From an uncultured Verrucomicrobiae bacterium (GTDB taxonomy: Bacteria > Verrucomicrobiota > Verrucomicrobiia > Opitutales > JABDGR01): a DNA stretch of 64,000 nucleotides. How positions within the stretch are numbered: position 1 is the first letter of the stretch; every line of letters starts with the position of its first letter. This document shows positions 33,100-42,916 of the stretch, piece by piece. A program made the translations under genes and the position numbers. Where the stretch lies: the NCBI GenBank assembly GCA_963765205.1, contig CAVXVB010000005.1, forward strand, positions 288,001-352,000, written 5' to 3'. The notes below the pieces were generated by a model. That model did not search any database. It was given only the letters and a program-made list of their open reading frames with translations, and was not told the DNA's origin.

Positions 33100-36000
33100 T
33101 TATTCTTCGGAGAAAGTGGCGGGTTCCGCGGGAAGGACTTTCCTGTTCATGCGCCCGCGGCGGGAGAAAATGTCAATCAGCACGGGCAAGATGATAAGGA
33201 TCAAAACCGGCGCGAGCAGAATCCCACCCACCACGACGAGCGCCAACGGTTTTTGCACTTGCGAGCCGATGCCGGTGGACATGGCTGCCGGCAAAAGCCC
33301 CACACACGCGGCGATGCACGTCATCACCACTGGCCGCAGACATATTTGGCAGGCGCGCAGTAGGGCCTGCGCCCGCTCCATGCCATTGTCAATCAGCCGG
33401 TTGAAATAGGAGAGCACAATGATGCCATCCATCACGGAAATGCCAAACAGCGCGATAAAGCCAATCGCGGCGGAGACGCTGAACGGCGTGCCGGTCAGGT
33501 AGAGGGCAAAAATTCCGCCGATCAGCGCCATGGGCATGACGCTGGCCGCCAGCAAAGTGTCGGCGAGAGACGAAAAATTTGTGAAGAGCAACAAGCCGAT
33601 GAGCAAGAGGCTGATGGGCACCACGATTTTGAGACGGTCCAAAGCATCTTGCAGGGCGCCGAATTCCCCCACCCATTCCAAGCGCGCGCCGGCCGGCAAA
33701 TGAATCTGGGCATTGATTTTTTGCTGGGCTTCCAGCACGGCGCTGCCAAGGTCGCGCCCGCGCACGCTGAATTTGATGGGAATGTAGCGTTCCTGGTTCT
33801 CCCGGTAGATGAACGAATAGCTCGAGACGAGGCTGACATTGGCCACGTCGGCCAAGGGAATTTGCACGACGCCGTTGCCACTCGGATTGGGCGCGCTGAT
33901 GGGAATGTGGCGGATGGCGTCAAGATTCTGCCGGTATTCCAGCCCGAACCGGACGATAATGGGGAAATTGCGGTCGCTGCCGTATTCGTAAAGATTACCC
34001 GCGCTCTGGCCGCCGATGGCCGCCTGCACGGTGTTGTTAATGTCGCCTGTCATCAGGCCATAGTGCGCGGCGCGGAGGCGATCCACGTCAATATTGAGGG
34101 TGGGCTGGCCCAGCGCGTCAAACACGGAAAGGTCGGTGATGCCGGGAATCGTCGCCATAATGCCCTTGATTTTGTAGGCCGTGTCTTCAATCGCATAGAG
34201 GTCGTTGCCATACAATTTGACCGAGTTTTCGCCCTTCACGCCGGACGCCGCCTCTTCGACGTTGTCCTCGATGTATTGCGAGAAATTCCATTCGACTCCC
34301 GGAAAGGGCGCGGCCAACGCGTCGTTCATTTGGTCGGTCAATTTATCCTTGTCCACCCCCTTGGGCCAGGCGCTGGGTGCCTTTAGCGGGACATTGAACT
34401 CGGCGTTGAAAAAGCCCGTGGTGTCGGTGCCATCGTCCGGCCGGCCCAATTGCGAGATGACGGTTTGCACTTCGGGAAAGCCTTTGATGATTTTCCGCAT
34501 CTGGCTGACGTAGCCCTCGGCCTCTTCCAGCGAGATGGACGGTGGCAAAGTGGCGCGAATCCACAAATTGCCCTCTTCCAGCTTCGGCATGAATTCCAGG
34601 CCGAGTGAGCGCCCGGCGAGCAGCGCCATAATAATGAGCAAGGCCGCGCCACCCAAAGTCACAATGCGGTTGGCGAGCGTGAACTTCAACAGCCCGGTGT
34701 AAAAACGCCGCAGGCCGCGCACGATGAAGGTTTCCGTTTCCACGACGCGCTCGGGCAGCAGCAAGGCGCTCAACGCGGGCGAGATGGTGAAGGTGGCCAG
34801 CAAGCCCCCGGCGATGGCGTAGGCATACGTCTTGGCCATCGGCCCGAAAATGTGCCCTTCGATGCCGGTCAGTGTGAACAGCGGCACAAACCCCGCGATA
34901 ATGATCGCGGCGGAAAAGAAAATCGCCTTGTTGACCTCAAACGCCGAAATGGCGATCACCCCGAATTTACCCGGCAGCCCTTCCAGCGGGCGGATGCGGT
35001 GCAACACGCCCGTGTTGACGAAACGCTGATCCGGCTTCTGCGCCAGGTGCCGGAAGATGTTTTCCACCATGATGACCGTAGCATCCACAATCAGGCCGAA
35101 ATCAATCGCGCCGATGGAAAGTAGATTGGCCGATTCCCCCCGCGCCACCATGATGAGGATGGCGAAAAACAAAGCAAAGGGGATGGTCGCCGCCACAATC
35201 AACGCGCTGCGCAGGTTCCCCAGAAACAGCCATTGCACGAGAAAGATCAGCGTTACCCCCACCACTAAATTATGCAGCACCGTGTGCGTCGTCACGTTGA
35301 TCAACTCAGTGCGGTCATAAATCTTTTCGAGATGCACGCCGGGTGGCAGGACATTGGTCGTATTGATTTTTTCCACCTCGGCCTCGACTCGCCGAATCGT
35401 GGGCAGGCTTTCCTCGCCCCGTCGCATCAGGACGGTGCCCTGGACGATATCGTCATCGTCATCCTGGCCGACGATGCCGAGCCGGGGCTGGAAGCCGACC
35501 TCGACCGTGGCGACATCCTTGATAAAAATTGGCGAGCCGTTATTGGCGCTGACCAGGGTGTTGCGGATGTCGTCCATCGTGTGGATTAGGCCGACTCCGC
35601 GCACCACCGCCGCCTGCGGTCCAAAATTCACCGTCTGGCCGCCAACATTGATATTGCTGTTGTTCAACGCTTGCAGAACCTGCGGCACGGTAAGGCCCTC
35701 CGCCAGAAGTTTATTTTCATCAATCGTCACTTCATAAGTTTTTGTTTTACCCGCCCAGCCATCCACATCCACGACGCCCGGCACCGCTTTGAACCGGCGT
35801 TCCAAAATCCAGTCCTGGATGGTCTTGAGGTCGGTGACGGAATAACCCGGCGGCCCGACGATGCGGTAACGGTAAATCTCGCCAATTGGGCTTTCCGGCG
35901 AAATTTGCGGCGCGACCCCGTTGCCAAAAGGCGTCAATTCGGAAAGCTGGTTGATGACCTTCTGCTCCGCCTCTTCATAAGAGTAGTCATACGTGAACTG

Positions 36001-36285
36001 AACGCGCACATCGGACAGGCCGAATAGCGAAATGGTCTCAACCGATTTGACATTCTTGATGCCGGCCAACTGAATTTCGATGGGGATCGTGATATACCGC
36101 TCGATTTCCTCGGCGGACTGGCCGGGGTTTTGCGTGATTATTTCTACCAGCGGCGGCACCGGATCGGGGTAGGCTTCAATGTTAAGCTGGTGGAAGGCGA
36201 CCAAGCCGGCCCCGAACAAGGACAGCATCAAAATCAGCACCAGAAAACGCTGTTTGAGGGCAAAGGCGACAATGTGGTTGATCAT
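33100..36285 (-). CDS. CusA/CzcA-family (HME) RND permease
   Basis: IEAYPD, AEEIE..ITIPIE, NLLSIGAIDFGLIVD, RPVVMT and KPLALVVVGG motifs. Confidence 0.93.
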   Translation of the reverse strand: MINHIVAFALKQRFLVLILMLSLFGAGLVAFHQLNIEAYPDPVPPLVEIITQNPGQSAEEIERYITIPIEIQLAGIKNVKSVETISLFGLSDVRVQFTYDYSYEEAEQKVINQLSELTPFGNGVAPQISPESPIGEIYRYRIVGPPGYSVTDLKTIQDWILERRFKAVPGVVDVDGWAGKTKTYEVTIDENKLLAEGLTVPQVLQALNNSNINVGGQTVNFGPQAAVVRGVGLIHTMDDIRNTLVSANNGSPIFIKDVATVEVGFQPRLGIVGQDDDDDIVQGTVLMRRGEESLPTIRRVEAEVEKINTTNVLPPGVHLEKIYDRTELINVTTHTVLHNLVVGVTLIFLVQWLFLGNLRSALIVAATIPFALFFAILIMVARGESANLLSIGAIDFGLIVDATVIMVENIFRHLAQKPDQRFVNTGVLHRIRPLEGLPGKFGVIAISAFEVNKAIFFSAAIIIAGFVPLFTLTGIEGHIFGPMAKTYAYAIAGGLLATFTISPALSALLLPERVVETETFIVRGLRRFYTGLLKFTLANRIVTLGGAALLIIMALLAGRSLGLEFMPKLEEGNLWIRATLPPSISLEEAEGYVSQMRKIIKGFPEVQTVISQLGRPDDGTDTTGFFNAEFNVPLKAPSAWPKGVDKDKLTDQMNDALAAPFPGVEWNFSQYIEDNVEEAASGVKGENSVKLYGNDLYAIEDTAYKIKGIMATIPGITDLSVFDALGQPTLNIDVDRLRAAHYGLMTGDINNTVQAAIGGQSAGNLYEYGSDRNFPIIVRFGLEYRQNLDAIRHIPISAPNPSGNGVVQIPLADVANVSLVSSYSFIYRENQERYIPIKFSVRGRDLGSAVLEAQQKINAQIHLPAGARLEWVGEFGALQDALDRLKIVVPISLLLIGLLLFTNFSSLADTLLAASVMPMALIGGIFALYLTGTPFSVSAAIGFIALFGISVMDGIIVLSYFNRLIDNGMERAQALLRACQICLRPVVMTCIAACVGLLPAAMSTGIGSQVQKPLALVVVGGILLAPVLILIILPVLIDIFSRRGRMNRKVLPAEPATFSEE

Positions 36286-36316
36286 GTTTCGTTCCTGGCT
36301 GTGGGCCGAAGCCCGG

Positions 36317-37621
36317 TCACTCGGCCTGGGCCGCGCGATCAATAAACAAGCTGCCACTGGTCACCACCTTCTCGCCCGCCGCCAATCCGGACAGCACCTC
36401 CAGCTTGCCGTCAGTGGCCCGGCCCACTTGGATTTCCCGCAACGCGAGTGATTTATCGCTCCCCGCGACCCAGACATGGGTCTCCTTGCCTTCATACACC
36501 ACGGCTTCCTCGGGCACGGCCGGCGCCGGCTGATCGTCGCTGGTGATAATCTTGAAGTTCGCAAACATTTGCGGCTTCAGCGCGCCATCTGGATTCGCCA
36601 CTTCCGCCCGCACCAGCAGCCGATGCGTGTTCGGGTCAATCGCCGGCGCGACATAGGCGAGCTTCGCCTTAAATACGCGATCAGGGAAAGCCAGCACCGT
36701 GACCTCCACCGGCGCGCCCACGCGCATCGCCGGTGCATCCGCTTCGCGCACATTGGCCACAAGCCAAACGGTTGAAAGGTCGCCAATGGTGAAGACCTGG
36801 TTTGTCGCGCCTCCCGCCACGCTGTTGAGGTATTGGCCGATGCCCACCTGGCGCTGTGTCACGGTGCCGGCAATGGGCGCCGTTACAATGGCTTCCGCAT
36901 CCAAGGCCTGTACGTCCGGCGTATTTTCGAGCGCGCTGATTTCATCGTCGCTTTTGCCCAAAATGCGCAGGCGATTGCGCACCAGGCCGAGCGCAATCTG
37001 CGCCGAGCGAAAACCGTTCTGGGCGGTGGCCAGGTCGGATTGGCTCTGCTGCCAATCTTTGAGTGCGCCGCCTTTGGCGTCATAAAGGTCGTGCTGGCGC
37101 TGCTCGCTGGTCTGCGCGAGGGTCAACTGGGCCTGCGCGGTCTTGAGCGCTCCCACGGCGGCGACCAAATCATTCTGGGCCTGCGCGAATTCCGATGCCT
37201 GCACCGCAAACAACGGCGCGCCCTGCGCCACGCTGTCCCCGGCTTTGGCCAACAACTTGGTGACCCGCCCGGAATAAGGTGAAAATACCGGCGTGGTCGT
37301 GTCGTCATCCACGGCGATTTCCCCGTCGGTTGTTACTTCGGTGCGGAAAGGCTCGGCTTTAATCTCGGCCACTTTTAAGCCGGCCCACTGCTCGTCCGTG
37401 GGCCGGAATGCTCCCGCCGCGGTGGTCGGCGTCGCATCGTCCGTCGTGGCCGCTGGGGCCGATCGCGCAACATGCACCAGAACCAGCACCGCCATCACGC
37501 CTGCTATCAGCCCGACCAGGATCAAAAGCTGTCGGTGAACCGACAACCTCGCTTGGTCGATTCCCGGCGGAGGGTTGACGGTCTCGGATTCAGTAGGGCT
37601 AATGGGTTCTTCCGGCTTCAT
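36317..37621 (-). CDS. RND membrane fusion (adaptor) protein
   Basis: N-terminal TM, lipoyl-like V..G.PL and APIAGTV halves, NPDGALKPQMF, GL.AGEKVVTSG. Confidence 0.92.
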   Translation of the reverse strand: MKPEEPISPTESETVNPPPGIDQARLSVHRQLLILVGLIAGVMAVLVLVHVARSAPAATTDDATPTTAAGAFRPTDEQWAGLKVAEIKAEPFRTEVTTDGEIAVDDDTTTPVFSPYSGRVTKLLAKAGDSVAQGAPLFAVQASEFAQAQNDLVAAVGALKTAQAQLTLAQTSEQRQHDLYDAKGGALKDWQQSQSDLATAQNGFRSAQIALGLVRNRLRILGKSDDEISALENTPDVQALDAEAIVTAPIAGTVTQRQVGIGQYLNSVAGGATNQVFTIGDLSTVWLVANVREADAPAMRVGAPVEVTVLAFPDRVFKAKLAYVAPAIDPNTHRLLVRAEVANPDGALKPQMFANFKIITSDDQPAPAVPEEAVVYEGKETHVWVAGSDKSLALREIQVGRATDGKLEVLSGLAAGEKVVTSGSLFIDRAAQAE

Positions 37622-37658
37622 GCCGACGCAGCCTACAGAGATTTTCCGCCCATGTCTT

Positions 37659-37696
37659 TAGGGGCATACTCTAAAATCAACTAGGATGCTTCCCTA
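37659..37696. promoter_or_regulatory. Two imperfect palindromes, candidate NarL/LuxR-type operators upstream of the efflux operon
   Basis: TAGGGGCATACTCTA (37659-37673) and TAGGATGCTTCCCTA (37682-37696). Confidence 0.4.
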
Positions 37697-37740
37697 ATCA
37701 ATGGTGAAAATTCCGCGTCATTCGCCATCAAGAAGTCGCT

Positions 37741-38442
37741 TCAAGTCTGCTTTTCGCTTTCCACCCAGCGCACCGCCTCGCGAATCAGCGCGGTGGCCGT
37801 CTCAATCCCAAGTTTCTCTTTGATATGTTCGCAATGGGCCTGCACCGTCTTGAGGCTGATATGCAATTCCTGGGCGATGCGGCGGTTTTCGTGGCCCTGC
37901 CCAATCAGGCGGAAAACTTCCAGCTCCCGGTCGCCCAATTGCTCGAGGGTGGACTCCCCGTGGGCCATTTTCCGGCCCAAATATTTTTGCGCAATCAGGT
38001 TCGACAATGGTTCGCTGACGTAAAACTGGCCCAGTAAAACCCGGCGGATGCCCTCAATCACTTTTCCTGTGGTCTCCCGCTTCATCACATAGCCCAGCGC
38101 CCCGGCCCGCAACGCCCGCTCGGCGTAAAAAGCTTCATCGTGCATCGACAGCACCAAGACCCGCGGCACCGGCGTCAACGTCTGCAACCGCTTGATCAAG
38201 TCCAGGCCTGACTCGTTGCGCAAGGAAAGGTCCACCACGACGACTTCCGGCTGCAAGCGCGTGATTTCCGCCAACGATTCATTGATGGTCGCGCCCTGCC
38301 CGCAGACCCACAGGTCGACTTGTTGGTCAATAAAGTTCGTCAGCCACTCGCGTGCAAACGCATGATCGTCCACCACAAACACCCGTCGGCGACCGGCTGG
38401 CGGGACCGGAGCTGTCTCGGATAATGTCGAAGGCATGGTCAT
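37741..38442 (-). CDS. NarL/LuxR-family response regulator
   Basis: VVDDH, VVDLSL, LSMH, GYVMK; C-terminal L.DRELEVF.LIG.G...IA.EL.IS.KTV HTH. Confidence 0.95.
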   Translation of the reverse strand: MTMPSTLSETAPVPPAGRRRVFVVDDHAFAREWLTNFIDQQVDLWVCGQGATINESLAEITRLQPEVVVVDLSLRNESGLDLIKRLQTLTPVPRVLVLSMHDEAFYAERALRAGALGYVMKRETTGKVIEGIRRVLLGQFYVSEPLSNLIAQKYLGRKMAHGESTLEQLGDRELEVFRLIGQGHENRRIAQELHISLKTVQAHCEHIKEKLGIETATALIREAVRWVESEKQT

Positions 38443-39536
38443 GGCGTGGGCCCGGCGTAACGATACCGGCAAGAAATGAGCGTGCCACCCTCCGGCGGCG
38501 TTTCAATGGTGAATTTTGCGCCGATGATCGCCGCGCGGTGGGCCATGATGCGCAAGCCCAGCCCCTGGCCGCGAGCCTCCGGCGAGGGCAGTCCATTGCC
38601 GTCGTCAGAAATGCTCAAGACCAGGCCGTCATTGTCTGCCGCCAAGGTTATCTCGATGGCGCGCGCGCGCGCATGGCGGACCGCGTTGCGCACGGCTTCC
38701 TGCGCGATTCGGTAAAAATGGGTGGCAACGTCGTTTTCCGAAAGATTGATTTCTCCCTGGCTGCGAAAGGTACAAACGATTTGGTGTTGATCCTCGGTGG
38801 CCTTCGCCAATTCCGTCAACTCGGCCGCCAGGTTTTGCCGTTCAATTTCGGCCAGCAGGAGGCCTTTGGCCAAACCGCGCGTTTGTTCAATCGCCTGCTC
38901 GACAAATTCCACCACTTTGCGAGCGTCCGCGGCTTCGCCCGCCTGCCGCGCTTCCAGCTTGTCCGCGAGAATTTTCCCGGCCAGGGCCGTGCCCGTCAAA
39001 TATTGTCCCAAACCATCATGCAACTCCTGGCCGATGCTGGTGCGTTCTCTTCGTCCGATTTCCAACACCGCTTTTTCCAGCCGCTCGCGTTCGGCGATTT
39101 CCAAAGTCAGCGCCTCGGTGCGTTGCCGCACCCGCTCCTCCAGTTCCCGGTGCACGGCCTGCAGTTTGGCATTGATCGAAATCAGTGTCGCCAGCAGCCA
39201 GACCACCACCAGATAGGTGGCGAGCACAATCAACGCATTCCACCACGGGGTCAGCGGATCTTGGTAGTGCGCTCCGGCCGCGATATCGCCAATCAGCGAG
39301 ATGGCCATGCTGACCACTGCGGTCACCACCCCACCCACCCAACCCATCGTCACCACCGCAATGGCCACCGGCAGCAAGTAGAAAACCATCACCGAGGCTT
39401 CGTAACCGGTAAAGTAGTCCAGCGCCCCAATGACCAAAACCAGCCCAGCCACCACCAACGCCCAATACCATCGAGAATGGCGATGCACGGAAGTCGTCAA
39501 CATGGCCGACAGCCAAGGTAACGGCTTGTCCTTCAT
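38439..39536 (-). CDS. Membrane sensor histidine kinase (HisKA_3, NarX/UhpB type)
   Basis: Four TM helices, ELHDGLGQ, RIAQEAVRNA.RH, DDG.G and GLGL motifs; ATGA overlap with the regulator. Confidence 0.93.
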   Translation of the reverse strand: MKDKPLPWLSAMLTTSVHRHSRWYWALVVAGLVLVIGALDYFTGYEASVMVFYLLPVAIAVVTMGWVGGVVTAVVSMAISLIGDIAAGAHYQDPLTPWWNALIVLATYLVVVWLLATLISINAKLQAVHRELEERVRQRTEALTLEIAERERLEKAVLEIGRRERTSIGQELHDGLGQYLTGTALAGKILADKLEARQAGEAADARKVVEFVEQAIEQTRGLAKGLLLAEIERQNLAAELTELAKATEDQHQIVCTFRSQGEINLSENDVATHFYRIAQEAVRNAVRHARARAIEITLAADNDGLVLSISDDGNGLPSPEARGQGLGLRIMAHRAAIIGAKFTIETPPEGGTLISCRYRYAGPTP

Positions 39537-39829
39537 GCGATTCGTTGTCGGATGTGAAAGTTTGTCCATCTTCTGCGCCCTGACCGCTTGCCTTTCTAGA
39601 TGAAAACCACCCTTCGCGCGAGCCAGGAACTTTATTGCCGAATTATGCAATTTGGTTGATTATTCACCAGGCAAGAAAGGTGTAATCCGTTTGTTTAATC
39701 CGGTGGTCGAAAAAGGGATGTTTTTGGAGTTTACAGGATAACGACGCGATTCCCTGAAGCACCTGAATGATACGGTCTCGACTATGCAAGAGCACAACAG
39801 ACTATGCTGGGAAATAATATCATTTCACA

Positions 39830-39867
39830 TTAAAAGGCCGCTGCTCTACCCTTGAGCTACCAGCCCG
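39830..39867 (-). repeat. att site: 5' half of tRNA-Lys ending at the anticodon loop
   Basis: 37/38 identity to 31203-31240; identity stops right after anticodon loop CTTTTAA. Confidence 0.9.
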
Positions 39868-39955
39868 TGGCGGGCGCGGGCCGGTTTGGTTCCGCGCTCG
39901 AAGGGTGAAGTTACTCCATGACCCGGCCCGTTGGCAAGCCGGTTTGCGCCGGTGC

Positions 39956-40705
39956 CTAACAAATCCGCATGGTCAGGCCGCCGTCAATGGCCACGGTTTC
40001 GCCGGTGATGTAATCGTTTTGCACCAGTTCGCGGATCAGGGTGGCGACCTGCTCGGGCGTGCCTTCGCGGTGCAGCGGAATCCGGTTATCGAGGTTGTGC
40101 TGCTTCGCCTGCGGCGTCATGGCCGCGTGGAAGGCGGTGCGAATCACGCCCGGCGCGACGCAGTTCACGCGGATGTTGTCGTCCGCAAATTCGTAGGCCA
40201 GGGCGCGCGTCAACTGCGGCAGCGCGCCTTTGACCGTTTGATACGCCACGTTGCTCTTGATCCCGCGCAGGCCCGCCGCGGAGGAGATCAGGATGATCAC
40301 GCCCTCCTTTTGTTTTTTCATCCCGGGGATCGCCGCGCGGCTCAAATGAAACACCGCGTGGACATGCACCGCGAACGCCCCCAGCCAGGCCTCCGGCGTC
40401 AACTGCAACAAGCCTCCGTTGACGGCCCCGCCCGCCGCATGGATGAGCACCGCGACCGGCCCCAGCCCGCGCTCCGCCTCCGCGACGCAGCGCGCGGCCT
40501 CCTCGGGGATGCCCACGTCCGCCGCGATTAAAAGACAGCGCCGGCCCAATTTTTCGACGCGCGCTTGGGTCTGCCGCGCCTCGTCATCGAGATGCCGTGC
40601 GACGAGGGCCAAGTCCGCGCCGCCCTCGGCGAGGAGCACGGCGGTGGTCGCGCCGATGCCCTTGGTGCCGCCGGTGACCAGGCAGATTTTATTGGTGAGA
40701 TTCAT
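39956..40705 (-). CDS. SDR-family oxidoreductase
   Basis: TGGTKGIG, YQTVK (YxxxK), IRVNCVAPG and IDGG motifs. Confidence 0.93.
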   Translation of the reverse strand: MNLTNKICLVTGGTKGIGATTAVLLAEGGADLALVARHLDDEARQTQARVEKLGRRCLLIAADVGIPEEAARCVAEAERGLGPVAVLIHAAGGAVNGGLLQLTPEAWLGAFAVHVHAVFHLSRAAIPGMKKQKEGVIILISSAAGLRGIKSNVAYQTVKGALPQLTRALAYEFADDNIRVNCVAPGVIRTAFHAAMTPQAKQHNLDNRIPLHREGTPEQVATLIRELVQNDYITGETVAIDGGLTMRIC

Positions 40706-40837
40706 GGGAAAGTGTTTTGCGGGGAAAATTTTGATTCAAAAAACTCTTAAACGGAAATATGGCCTGAGTTATAAGATGGCAGTTCACGCCAGCGGCAAAA
40801 TTGGAGCAAGCTAAAAACCTAATCCTATACATGATTC

Positions 40838-41915
40838 TTAATCTTCAAGACGAAGGCCAAGGCTTCTAGCATTATTCAAGATCTTCATGCGCTGCTCATG
40901 ATAGCTAATAAGATAAATGGAAATCCAGACAAGAAGGCTGGTAGTCAAAAACAATCCTATCGTCAGCCAAGGCACCTCTTGATGCTTATCAAATACAACA
41001 TAGAGAAGTCTTTCAAAAACCATCTCAAAACAATCAAAAAAAAAGACTCAAAAGTGAGGCGAATAAAAAAATCGCCACAGCGATTCCGTTGATGCGCCCC
41101 GGAGTTTGTTTTTTGCCCGTAACCTCATCATAAATAAATTTAATTACGAAATTAATTTTTTCAAGTGCCCTTTCTATAATACCAGTGTGATCAAAAATTT
41201 CTTTGTTACACTCTCATCAACGCATCGATTGTTATTCTTATAAAAGTTGCAACTGCAAAAATAATGATTGCAAATGAAATAAGGACGACAAGTAAATCCA
41301 CCGGGCTGTTTATTTTAAGATGGAATTCCATTTTAATCTCTCCAAGCAAATGCCTCGTGGTATGCCACGAAGTTCTTTACTTAGTGCTTAATTTTGGAAG
41401 AGTTCTAGCGATCCAATAGACAGTAAGAGATAAAATTATTCCTATTTCTGGCCACGGAGGTATTATCGTGAGCCCTCCAAAAAACAGATTTTTATCTCTG
41501 CCGCAAGCATTACAACCAAGAACGCAGCGCTCAATTTCATCACGAACCCACGCAATCCAAATTTTTGTATAAAGTCAGCAGATTCCATAAACGCCTTCCG
41601 TAGTTCGACGTTTTCCTTTTCTAGCTTTTCCAACCCCAAATCATATTCGCCATATACTGATGCGAGTGAAACATCAAATACTTTATCATATTCATAATCA
41701 GCAAGCTTAAGAATGTCCCGCTGGAACGATTGTTCCATAAATACGGCGTTCTTTGAAATCGATTTAGTTTTCATTGTGACACCCATAAAGTTCTTGCATG
41801 CGGTGCTGTTGAGTAATAGGGAACGGAAGTTCAGTATAAAAAGCTGTTTTCGCATATTTGTGCATCGAATAATCGAAGTCAAGAGGGCAAAATAAACATC
41901 AGTCTGAGGATTCAC
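40838..41915 (-). pseudogene. AT-rich islet with fragmented hypothetical membrane-protein ORFs
   Basis: Markedly lower GC; hydrophobic segments continue across frames (e.g. RDKNLFFGGLTIIPPWPEIGIILSL; MEFHLKINSPVDLLVVLISFAII). Confidence 0.4.
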
Positions 41916-41930
41916 ATTCCCCTCTCCGCG

Positions 41931-42524
41931 CTACTTCCCCGGTGGTGTGGCCACGTCGAGTTGGGCGTCGCCGTTGGCGGTTTGGCCGAGGTGGGCGAGG
42001 AGGGCGCGGAAGAATTGCGCGCGGTATTGCTGGGCATCGGCGGTGTCCGCCTCGATGCGGCCTTGCCAGATGATGACTTGGGGGTCATGCAGACGTTGTA
42101 GCGTCACTTCGAGGTCGGTGAGGTTCACGTCGTGCGTTTCCGGGACGACGAGATCGCCGTAGGTCGTGCCCGAAATTGGGCGGCCATTGAGGTCTCCGAC
42201 AGTGTTCGAGATGGTGGGCATGGTGACGCCGGAGGTCATCGGCACGCTTTTGTTGGAGATGGTAAAGCCCAGTTGGTAGTCGGCCTCGGGGGCGGGGGCG
42301 AGGTTGTAACCGAGGGCGCGCAGTTGCTCGATCAGGGTGCCGCTGGCCAGCCGGGTGATTAAATCCACGGAAGGGGAATCCTGCACATCGGTCACGGCGA
42401 TTTTGTCCTGCGGGGCGAGGGGGTATTTGGGGTCCTGGAGGGTGGAGAGGTCGGCGTAGGTGTGCGCGCAGCCGGTCAGCGCGGCGGCGGCGAGGACGAA
42501 GAGGAAAAGGGCGAAGTGGCGCAT
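41931..42524 (-). CDS. Hypothetical lipoprotein (DUF4136-like)
   Basis: Lipobox LTGC; L.ALGY....EADY and IIWQGR motifs. Confidence 0.6.
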   Translation of the reverse strand: MRHFALFLFVLAAAALTGCAHTYADLSTLQDPKYPLAPQDKIAVTDVQDSPSVDLITRLASGTLIEQLRALGYNLAPAPEADYQLGFTISNKSVPMTSGVTMPTISNTVGDLNGRPISGTTYGDLVVPETHDVNLTDLEVTLQRLHDPQVIIWQGRIEADTADAQQYRAQFFRALLAHLGQTANGDAQLDVATPPGK

Positions 42525-42916
42525 GGTGGTAGTCTAGGGGGAGGGGGGAGGGTTGTCAAAGCTGGGTCGGGAGGGGGGCGATTCATACGCTTTGCGTCTC
42601 TTGCGGTGAAAATTTACCACAAAAAACATAAAAGACGCAAAAGGGGGGCCGAGATGGTGTTCCGGGACTGCCTCATTTTTTTATTTTTTTGGTTTGATTT
42701 GGTGTTGGAGGGGGGGTGGGGCGGAATGCGGAGTGCGGAGTGTATGGGGCGCAGGATACTCGAAAACGAGAAACTTGGCCAGTGATGGGTTGGGTGGGTT
42801 AGGTAGGTTTGATGGGTTGGGTGCAAACCGGCCCACAGAGGAATTTGCCGCCGGGCATGAGCCTCAAGGGAAGGTTTTTCTTGGCTTGGTGCCGGAGCGT
42901 GGCTAGGGTCGGGGCG

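Larger units (their letters stand above)
31203..39867. mobile_element. Integrated genomic island bounded by 38 bp direct repeats of the tRNA-Lys 5' half
   Basis: TTAAAAGGCCGCTGCTCTACC(A/C)TTGAGCTACCAGCCCG at 31203-31240 and 39830-39867; integrase fragment just inside the left boundary. Confidence 0.88.

Noticed and set aside
39830..39867. Second functional tRNA-Lys
   Set aside because: Only the 5' half is present; no T-arm or 3' acceptor strand
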